Below are positions 25,214 through 35,412 of a stretch of 64,000 nucleotides of DNA, piece after piece (position 1 is the first letter of the stretch; each line of letters starts with the position of its first letter). Below the pieces are notes generated by a model. The model was not told the DNA's origin, searched no databases, and saw nothing but the letters and a program-made list of their open reading frames with translations. The translations under genes were made by a program, and so were the position numbers. The stretch lies in the NCBI RefSeq assembly GCF_902652985.1, contig NC_047017.1, positions 41,788,001 to 41,852,000 on the forward strand, read 5' to 3'. Origin of the DNA: Pecten maximus. Lineage: Eukaryota.

Positions 25214-26438
25214 TGTCAAAAAGTTATGTTGTACTCTGCAAAATATTTGCCAGTTATCCAGTACTATGGAGTGGTAAGGTATAGTGTCCTATACAGTGAT
25301 CAGGGAATACACCTGTACTGTAGAGGGTACCTGAGTTCACTGAATAGAAAGTGCTGAGTCAGGGTCACTGAGGCGTAACCAAATCATGCAACACAGGTAA
25401 GTGCTACCTGTGTGTGCGGCCATTTCAACCCCAGACCTGGACCTGGAAGGTTCACGGATGTCAGAGGCTGTGTGCCAGGGGAGAAATGCCTAAGCTGTGT
25501 GCTTGGTAATGAAATGTTACCAGGGCTGTGTGCCCAAAGTTATTATCCAAGTTAGAGATAGTTGAAGCCACTACATGTAAGCTGTGTGCTAGTTTGGGCA
25601 AAACTTTGCTACTTGGAGAAGCTGTGTGCTATGTCCACCTCAATGGAGTGTGGGAGTCCTGGAATGAAACAGGAGAGTGAGCTGTGTGCTCAGAAATGCT
25701 AAAGAGAGACGCCAACAGTAAGTACATATTTATGTCATTAATGTAATTTTGGTAAAAATGTTTAGCATGCAAATTATAGGGTGTAATATTATAGGTCATT
25801 GTTGTAGAATAATTTCCTAACATAATGTAAAGAAATAGGAAATAGAGAGAAAAGTAATAGGAGATAGTGAGAAAGAGAATTATTAAATGTCATTGTAAGT
25901 AAAATACAAATATAATACAAATGTGCAAGTGCTATAAACCCATGAACTTAGAACATTGACTCTGTAACCTTGTAGGTGACCTTGGGACAGGGAGCCATTA
26001 GCCATAGAAGGGTCTATGTGCCAGACCATAGTGGGAGCAGCAGAATCCCTGGTCTATTTATGTGAAACCAGAAAGGAGATATTTGTGCTGGACTAGTACA
26101 GTGCCTACGGAGGGTATACATATATATACCGATTATGAAATAGTTAAACAACATCGGAGTGAAGAGAACTTTGGGAACCAACCACAGTGATGAACTATAT
26201 ATATTTGGGGTCTGGAGAGACAATGGGTTTCAGAGACGGGTTTTGTTTTGTGTTGCACATTATTAATTAATTGTAGAGAATGAGTGGGAGTGTGTAAGGG
26301 TGTTTTGTATGGTGTAAATATTGTTTTCCTATGATTTTGTAAATATGTTCAAGTGAATACATATGTTAATGTAATTTATGTTGTTGTCTCATCTGTTTGC
26401 AAATAATTAGGCTAAGCCTATACCCACAATTCTTGACA
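25214..26438 (+). repeat. 5' LTR (1225 bp)
   Basis: TGTCAAAAA...TTCTTGACA; by eye identical to the 3' LTR apart from 54 extra bp at 25253-25306. Confidence 0.95.
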
Positions 26439-26440
26439 TC

Positions 26441-26458
26441 TGGTGGCAGCGGTGGGAT
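26441..26458 (+). promoter_or_regulatory. Primer-binding site complementary to the tRNA-Leu 3' end
   Basis: TGGTGGCAGCGGTGGGAT, 2 nt after the LTR, is the reverse complement of ATCCCACCGCTGCCA-CCA, the 3' end of metazoan tRNA-Leu(AAG/TAG). Confidence 0.85.
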
Positions 26459-26554
26459 AGGCCTTGTAATTAAATCTATTGCAAAATTCAAAAAGCTGTA
26501 ATTACTGCAGACAGGTATTTCAACATTAAGGCTAAATTATACATACACATCATT

Positions 26555-29500
26555 ATGGATGTTATAGAATTGGCAAAGTTGGTTGAGATAGGAAAGAGTT
26601 TAGGATTAGCAGGTGAAGATTTGCAGGTATATGTAGATAAGAAAGAGAAAGAAAAGCTTGAGAGAGATGAACGAGCTGAGGCCAGAGATATGAAGTATAA
26701 GATGGATGGGTTACAGATGGAGTTAGAGATTGAAAGATTGCGAAGGGAGGAGGGTTTAAGGAACCCAGTTGAGCAGGTAGGGAGCTCAAAGGCTTGAATT
26801 CCAAAGTTACCTCCCTTTGACGACACAAAAGATAACATTGATGCATATTTACAACGGTTCGAGAGATTTGCGGGAGCAGTTAAGTGGGACAGACAGGATT
26901 GGGCCATACATCTTAGTGCACTTCTTAAAGGTAAGGCGTTAGAGGTATACTCTCGGTTATCAGGTGAGGAAGCTGGGTTGTATGAAAACCTTAAGAATGC
27001 TCTACTTAAGAGATTTCAGATGTCGGAGGAAGGGTTTCGGCAAAAATTTCGTACCTGTAAGCCTGAGGTAGGTGAAACATCTGCTCAATTTGTAGTCAGA
27101 ATAGGTAACTATTTGGACAGATGGATAGACATGTCCAATACTGACCATACGTTTGAAACTCTGAGAGATTTACTGTTACAGGAGCAATTTGTAAATGCTA
27201 GTCATAAAAATTTAGCTCTATTTCTGAAGGAAAGGAATCAAAAGGATTCTACAGAGATGGCAAAACTGGCGGACCAATATCTAGAAGCGCATAATGGAGT
27301 GGACTTAGCATCATTTGGTAAGCCCAAAGGAAGTAAAGCTCCATATCGAGAAGGAAATCATAATGCAGTTCCAAGCTTCAGTGATTCTGAAAAGGAAGCA
27401 TTCAAAAAGGAGCGAAGGTGCTATTCATGTGGAGGTAAGGGTCACATAGCTAGGGAATGTAAATCCAAACGTGCACAGACCACAGCTGCTATGATAGAGC
27501 AGGCTAGTGAAAACCAATCTGGGTGTAGTTGTTCTCATACAAAAGATTCAGAGGAAAGAAAGCAAGGTAAGCAGAAAGGGGGAAAACACTATCAGAAATC
27601 AAGGGAGACGGCTGCTGCTTGTTCAGTACCATTACCTAGTGACTTATTTGAGTGTTGTACCCAGGAGTCTGAAGTAGTCCTAAAGTGTGGTCATCATTTA
27701 CCCATCGTTAGCGCTGCCTGTGGCAACTCTAGAGTGCAGTTAAATGTTAATAACGGGTTACCTGTAGCTATTGGATATATTGGAGAAGTGGAAGTGTCAG
27801 TTCTTAGAGATACGGGATGTAGTGGCATTGTGGTGAAACGAAATTTGGTAAGTGAACAACAGTTAACATCAAAGGTCGTGACCTGTGTACTTATAGATGG
27901 AACGGTGAGAAAAGTGCCAGTGGCAAAGATCGTGGTAGACACACCATATTTTAAAGGGGAAACTGATGTGCTGTGTTTTGAAAACCCAATATATGATCTA
28001 ATAATAGGAAATATTCCTGGGGTGAGAGAACCTGAGCACCAGATGGAGACCCCCAACACAGAAGCAAATAAGTGGGAGGAGAGGAAAACGGAGGTCAAGC
28101 AGGATAGTACAATATTAGTGCAAGCTGTGGAAACTAGAGCTCAAATAAAGAAGGTAGGGATAAAACCAACAGCACTCAAAGTACCTTGTGTTAGTGGAAC
28201 AGACATTGGGAAAGAGGAATTTAAGAAAATTCAAAACGAGGACGATTCCTTACAGCACCTGAAGGATTTTTCTAGAAAAGGGGGTAAGAGGAAAATAGGG
28301 AAATACAATTATGCTTGGTTTGTTGTAGAGAGGGATCTCTTAAAACGGAAATTCCAGTCCGAGAAAACAGATCATGGTAAGATTATAACCCAGTTAGTGG
28401 TGCCTAAGAAACTTAGACAATCAGTGATGGAAATTGGTCATAGATCCACATTGGCAGGTCACTTAGGAGCTAAAAAGACAACAGAAAAGATCTTAACACA
28501 GTTTTATTGGCCAGGATTTCACCAGGATGTGAAACTATTCTGCAGATCCTGCGACCTATGCCAGAAGACATTTCCGAAGGGTAGGGTGACTAGAGTACCT
28601 ATGACAGCTATGCCGTTGATTGACGAACCATTTCGTAGAGTGGCGGTGGATATTGTGGGCCCTATTCATCCAATGACAGAACGGAAACATAGATTCATTC
28701 TTACACTGGTGGATTTTGCGACCCGATATCCGGAAGCTGTACCATTGCAGACTATTGATACCGAACAGGTGGCTGAAGCTTTAGTTCAGATATTTTCTCG
28801 AGTTGGTGTTCCTCATGAGATACTATCAGATCAGGGATCTCAATTTACCTCTGGTGTGATGAAGGAAGTTGGAAGACCTTTGTCCATGAAGCAAATAACA
28901 ACTACTCCTTACCACCCTCAGTGTAATGGACTTGTGGAGCGCTTCAACGGTACCTTGAAGTCTATGTTGAAGAAAATCTGTGTAGAGAAACCAAATGATT
29001 GGGACAGATACCTGGGAGCAGTTCTTTTCGCGTACAGGGAAGCCCCTCAGGATTATATGGGTTTCTCTCCCTTTGAACTATTATATGGACGGACAGTCAG
29101 AGGTCCAATGTCTATACTGCGTGAACTGTGGACAAAGGAGGTAGAACCACCAGAAGTACAGACAACATATCAATATGTGCTAAATCTACGGAACATTCTA
29201 GAGGAAACCTGTGACATAGCCCAGAAAGAACTCAGAAAATCTCAAGTACGACACAAACACCACTTTGACAGAAAAGCAAGGGACAGAGGATTTAAAGAAA
29301 GAGATCAAGTACTGATTCTGTTACCTACAGACAACAATAAGTTGTTGATGCAGTGGAAGGGTCCTTTTGAGGTCAAGGAGGCTATTGGACAGAACAACTA
29401 TCGTATACAGATAAAAGGTAAGGTGAAGGTCTACCATGCCAACATGCTGAAAAAATACTTAACAGATGTCAGGGAGGTAAGAAAACCAGTTGGTTGTATG

Positions 29501-30233
29501 GAGATAGTCGGAGCAGCTGTCATTTCAGAAGACGAGGATGAGGATGTCGCCTTGACAAATGAATCCGAGATACCATTACCAGGATTACAAGCAAAAGAGA
29601 GTATCAGTGATGTTAAGGTTGCCCAAGACCTAGATGACAAACAACAGAGTGAGGTAAGATATATTCTTCAGGAACACTCAAAGGTGTTAACAGACCTACC
29701 AGGAAACTGTAAGATAGGGGAACATGTTATCAAGTTGACAACCGATGAGCCAATCAGATCCAAGCCGTATCCAGTTCCGCATGCGATGAGGGAGACGGTA
29801 AGTAAAGAAGTCAAAACAATGTTGGAGATGGGAGTCATTGAGCCGTCGACGTCGCCCTATGCATCGTCCGTCGTGTTGGTCAAGAAACCTGACAATACTA
29901 ATAGGTTTTGTATAGATTACAGACGCCTTAATACAGTAACTGTTTTTGATGCAGAGCCTATGCCTGACCCAGAGGAAATTTTCTCAAAAATCTCCATGAG
30001 CAAGTTCTTTACGAAAATTGATCTTAGCAATGCCATATCTGTACGGACGTACATTTGTGTTGCAGACAGACCACCAGCCACTGGTGTTTATGAACAAAGC
30101 AAAACTACTGAATTCAAGGATCATGCGTTGGACCTTGTTATTACAGGACTACCAATTCAGGATTGAGGCTATCCACGGTAGAGATAATGTAGGTGCAGAC
30201 TACCTAAGTCGACTGCCAGAGGTAAGTCAGTAA
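26555..30233 (+). pseudogene. Gag-Pol polyprotein (Gag-PR-IN-RT/RH) with an in-frame stop and an RT/RNase H deletion
   Basis: ORFs at 26555 and 26978 share a frame and are separated by one TGA at 26795 (KA*IPKLPPFD). At about 30030 RT motif FTKIDLS is fused out of frame to the RNase H tail PYLYGRTFVLQTDHQPL...NVGADYLSR; the YxDD motif is missing. Confidence 0.9.
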
Positions 30234-30367
30234 ATTAGATATCAGATCTACAGAAACAGGGAAGGTGAGTAGTAGACAATCATTGCTGTATATATATGAG
30301 ATTGTTTCCAGTTAACTTTTTAGTATTATGGATTAAAAAGTAAGTATTTTTATCCTAAGTTGGGGGA

Positions 30368-31538
30368 TGTCAAAAAGTTATGTTGTACTCTGCAAAATAT
30401 TTGCCAATACACCTGTACTGTAGAGGGTACCTGAGTTCACTGAATAGAAAGTGCTGAGTCAGGGTCACTGAGGCGTAACCAAATCATGCAACACAGGTAA
30501 GTGCTACCTGTGTGTGCGGCCATTTCAACCCCAGACCTGGACCTGGAAGGTTCACGGATGTCAGAGGCTGTGTGCCAGGGGAGAAATGCCTAAGCTGTGT
30601 GCTTGGTAATGAAATGTTACCAGGGCTGTGTGCCCAAAGTTATTATCCAAGTTAGAGATAGTTGAAGCCACTACATGTAAGCTGTGTGCTAGTTTGGGCA
30701 AAACTTTGCTACTTGGAGAAGCTGTGTGCTATGTCCACCTCAATGGAGTGTGGGAGTCCTGGAATGAAACAGGAGAGTGAGCTGTGTGCTCAGAAATGCT
30801 AAAGAGAGACGCCAACAGTAAGTACATATTTATGTCATTAATGTAATTTTGGTAAAAATGTTTAGCATGCAAATTATAGGGTGTAATATTATAGGTCATT
30901 GTTGTAGAATAATTTCCTAACATAATGTAAAGAAATAGGAAATAGAGAGAAAAGTAATAGGAGATAGTGAGAAAGAGAATTATTAAATGTCATTGTAAGT
31001 AAAATACAAATATAATACAAATGTGCAAGTGCTATAAACCCATGAACTTAGAACATTGACTCTGTAACCTTGTAGGTGACCTTGGGACAGGGAGCCATTA
31101 GCCATAGAAGGGTCTATGTGCCAGACCATAGTGGGAGCAGCAGAATCCCTGGTCTATTTATGTGAAACCAGAAAGGAGATATTTGTGCTGGACTAGTACA
31201 GTGCCTACGGAGGGTATACATATATATACCGATTATGAAATAGTTAAACAACATCGGAGTGAAGAGAACTTTGGGAACCAACCACAGTGATGAACTATAT
31301 ATATTTGGGGTCTGGAGAGACAATGGGTTTCAGAGACGGGTTTTGTTTTGTGTTGCACATTATTAATTAATTGTAGAGAATGAGTGGGAGTGTGTAAGGG
31401 TGTTTTGTATGGTGTAAATATTGTTTTCCTATGATTTTGTAAATATGTTCAAGTGAATACATATGTTAATGTAATTTATGTTGTTGTCTCATCTGTTTGC
31501 AAATAATTAGGCTAAGCCTATACCCACAATTCTTGACA
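30368..31538 (+). repeat. 3' LTR (1171 bp)
   Basis: Direct repeat of the 5' LTR at an offset of 5100 after the 54-bp indel. Confidence 0.95.
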
Positions 31539-33404
31539 CGTGTTCATGTTTAATATTTATAGATATTTCTCTCTCATTGTCAGCATTAATTTACATTGAG
31601 TCATTAAGTTCGACCAAGGTACACAATGGTTACATTAAACAAGTTCAATTCTAAATTATCAGGGCCAAGTTCAATGCCATATTAATTCTTCCTTGAATTT
31701 CATATTTTTGTGCTTGGCAGCATAACAGTACCAAAACCGAACAAAGAAAAAACCCCATAAATTACCAAGTATCGAAATATCATGTGCTTCCGGCTACTAG
31801 TTAATACCATCGTTACTATATAGAGGAAGAATATTGCATGCTTCTACTTTCTTCATTAAGACTGTCCTGGGCAAGGCCACTTATACTGCAATAAACCATG
31901 TAATAACTAGGTTGTGGAGAAAAAGGGGGCGGTTTAGATATTCCAAACAGTCATTTCGGATTTGAACAGTTTTGGTCATTAACCCCATTGTAGAATCCGT
32001 GAAAGACCAAATATCTGTAAAAAAAAAAAGCACATATCAGTCCTACCTGTTGACCTGTAAAGAACAATGCGCGTGTGTATTGCGCTTGTGCACGATATCT
32101 CCTGTGAAGCACCGTTTTAAATTATACCGTATGACCAGTGAACTACTTCATTACTGTTCTACCTGTGGAACAGGGGAGTACTCTGTCTAGGATGTCTAAC
32201 GATTATAGTTCTCATCACTAAGGAATTAAGGTTTTCTACAAAGAAAAGGCGCCACATTGACTTATATTTACAATTGTCTGGCATTGTCACTATATAGTCT
32301 GTTTGAGAGCTCTGGCTTTGGTGTACGTTTAAATGCCATCCACCACGCGCTACACTTATCAGCGTATTAATACAACACAAACCGGAACTACAATATCCAG
32401 GTTAATTAAGTTTAACGACTAATTATTTTGTCTACATTATTTGTTATAAAAACTATGCCATTTGCGCATTACATTGATAATAAAGTGATTAACAAAATTG
32501 AGTTTTTTTTTTTTTTTAATTTTCCATGTACTATTTTGTTTGACAAAAAGCACGCGACCGTGTTCCGGCTGTTTCAACGACTGACAAAAAAATCTGCTGA
32601 CTGTCTGTAAGGCGGGAATAATGAATTTTAAACATGAATGATAGCATTTGAAAAATATTAAAAAAAATAAAAGGAATGTAAATATAAGCGTTGAAACGTT
32701 CAAATAATAATGTGCGTTAGATTATGTTGTTTGCTTGCAAAGCTCTGGCATTCAAATATATCATAAATACCATACAAAAACAGTTCAATGCTTAAGTATT
32801 TAGCTATTCAAAGAACTGATCACTGATTCATTAGTATGATGAGTCTAAAATCATTAAAAAATATTTGTAAAAATTGCTTCGTTAAGGTAAGGAGTAGATA
32901 TGGAAAAGATTGCCTAGAAAACTTATACAATGTCAAGGAGACGAAGATAGACAAGTCAAGGAGGCAAAGACTGATAACGTCACCAGTCTCTGCGAATGGT
33001 GTCATTAAGGAGACCCTGGACATACATGCAGTGTTTTGTCGAAGGAATAAACACACACGTGGAATTGGTTGATGTAGGTAATTACAATTGTAGCGATCTT
33101 GCCAAGAAAGAATCAAGGGCGAGGTTGTAGAATGAAATGTTCACAAGCAAATATGTGGGAAAAATATACTATACGAGTGGTGTTTGCGCTGACTTTCTGT
33201 AATTACATCAGCACTGTAACAAACGAGTACACTGTTTATATGGAGGTAATACATAACCTTTGAATAATTGAAGAAACGAAATTCCCTTTTATTATACCTG
33301 GTTTCATTAGTTATCTTTATACCAGAACTTTAAAAGGAAATGTTAAGAAAATATAATTCTCCTTTACCATACAATAAGATTAAACAATGTTTACGTATTT
33401 AGTT

Positions 33405-33870
33405 TAGTACTTGATTTTCAGCTGGACGAAAGGGATCTGAATTCAATTCACGGCACTAAAGGACCAATTTAGTCCATGCATGCTCCTAATGTTTAAGAAT
33501 CATGTATTCCTGGAAGTCAAGAGGACTTTGGCAGCATGTTTTTGGGAAATTCTTAAACCCGGAGAGCTGACTTAATGCAGCATAGGTGGTTATGTTCCAT
33601 TTCCGTTGCAGGAGATGGGTCTGTCAGCTTTGTGACTGTACAATAAAGCCGTGATGCCACAGAAACCTCATTAGATTAGAAATTAAACATTTTGTTATCA
33701 GGGAAATCAGGTCTGGGTTGGCCAATATGAGTAAGAATTGACCGATCTGACTCAACATCAGCCATTTGGCATTCTTTATCATATGACCAGGACGCTTAAT
33801 GGCTTCATTATCCAGCCGTGATTCAAACAAGTCAATATTATGAATGGGGTAACTGGGAGTAGTATCTGTC
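33405..33870 (-). pseudogene. Decayed DIRS-like retroelement fragment (post-RNase H region and tyrosine recombinase N-terminus)
   Basis: Minus-strand peptides NIDLFESRLDN (compare DIDLFASRLN) and AAKVLLTSR...EHAWTKLVL*CRELNSDPFRPAENQVLN, with stops and frameshifts. Confidence 0.5.
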
Positions 33871-34349
33871 AAAAATATATTGTTTCAATTCCATTCTGTA
33901 GCATCATGACCATCAGTCATTGTTGTAAATAATGTACATTTTACTTGACCATATGTAAGACGAGCCGTTGACTCATTATGTAATCAAGAATAAACAAAGC
34001 CTGTTATTATTATTATTATTATATCAGGAAAAACGCATTAACGCCAAATTCCACGAAGATCTTTCTAAATTATCGATCTCATCAGAACACGTGTTATCTG
34101 ATTAAAAAACACAACTGAAGATAGGTGAGAGACAGAAGAGACTGAAGAGTCAGGTAGACAGCTTTGAGTTCTAGTTCAAAACGTTACGTTGATTTGATGG
34201 TGGGATTTCGATTCCGGCCATCTTCCGCCTATCTGTAGTTTTATCAGCATAGAAAGCCCAGCATGGGGGAAGGACATCTATCCCCTGCCAAATGGCCAGA
34301 TGAATTCCCTCCATTCCTGAACGGGGTTCAGTAACTGAAACCTGAGATA

Positions 34350-34790
34350 CCTGAGTTATTTATTGTGATCACATAAACCTGAGATATTTACTGTGATCAC
34401 ATAAACCTGAGTTATTTATTGTTATCACATAAACCTGAGATATTTACTGTGATCACATAAACCTGAGTTATTTATTATGATCACATAAACCTGAGTTATT
34501 TATTGTGATCACATAAACCTGAGATATTTACTGTGATCATATAAACCTGAGTTATTTATTATGATCACATAAACCTGAGTTATTTATTGTGATAACATAA
34601 ACCTGAGATATTTACTGTGATATCACATAAACCTGAGATATTTACGGTGATCAAATAAACCTGAGATACTCATGGTGATGACTTAAACTTGAGATACTTA
34701 CCATGATCACAGAAACCTGAGATATTTACTGTGATCACATAAACATGAGATACTTATGGTGATGACTTAAACCTGAGATATTTACGATGA
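34350..34790. repeat. 28-bp minisatellite (AAACCTGAGWTATTTAYTGTGATCACAT)n, about 15 copies
   Basis: Tandem units visible with period 28. Confidence 0.92.
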
Positions 34791-35412
34791 TCGTAATGTA
34801 TAGGGATACTAAGCTAATCATCAGTCAGATCAATGGATAATAGGTAATCATCTTTCTGGATAAGATCAAGAACCACATGATAATAAAGATATAACAATAT
34901 GATACATTTAAATGTTTAAAGGTTATTGGAAAAAATGTACTCATTTGACCTGTGGCTTTGATGTCAGTGTCACAATATTCTAATGGCGATGCATTGCACT
35001 TTGGTGTTAGGTCATGAAAATGTACAGCAATTTTGATTAAGATATCTTGCTTTAGAATATATAGCCCTGCCAAGAAAGCATTAGAAGAACCGGTACTATT
35101 ATGATAAGTTTCCCTTTGTTTAAATGGGAGACAAAATGACTGAGAATGATTGCTGTATTGCCAAGAATATGCAAGGGTCGCCTTGACTTGTTCAAACAAC
35201 TGTGCAATTTTCAAGACCACACAGTTAAGCTTCTCTCTGTTCTTTATTATATAATTAACTTGCCAAATTTTGATGTTTCCATATTTTTGATCAACACGGT
35301 TGCATTTTTATTTAGTGAACGATCTTGTTTTCTTGATTACAAGTATCTTTTCATCACCACTTCCAGAAGACCATATCTGTTTGAGTATGGTTAATTTTGT
35401 TTAACGTCATAT

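Larger units (their letters stand above)
25214..31538 (+). mobile_element. Gmr1-like Ty3/Gypsy LTR retrotransposon (integrase upstream of RT), internally deleted
   Basis: TG...CA LTRs at 25214-26438 and 30368-31538, PBS at 26441, G-rich tract just before 30368. Polyprotein has SCAN-like capsid, CCHC knuckle, protease (LRDTG), HHCC plus DDE integrase, then the RT N-terminus. Confidence 0.95.

Noticed and set aside
25629-26223. Identical short ORFs repeated at 30729-31323
   Set aside because: A by-product of LTR identity; no recognisable protein features.
26795-26797. Programmed stop-codon readthrough in gag
   Set aside because: The stop lies before the capsid rather than at a gag-pol boundary and lacks a known readthrough context; CGA to TGA deamination is simpler.
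32836-33072. Possible LINE zinc-finger remnant
   Set aside because: Similarity too weak to support without a search.
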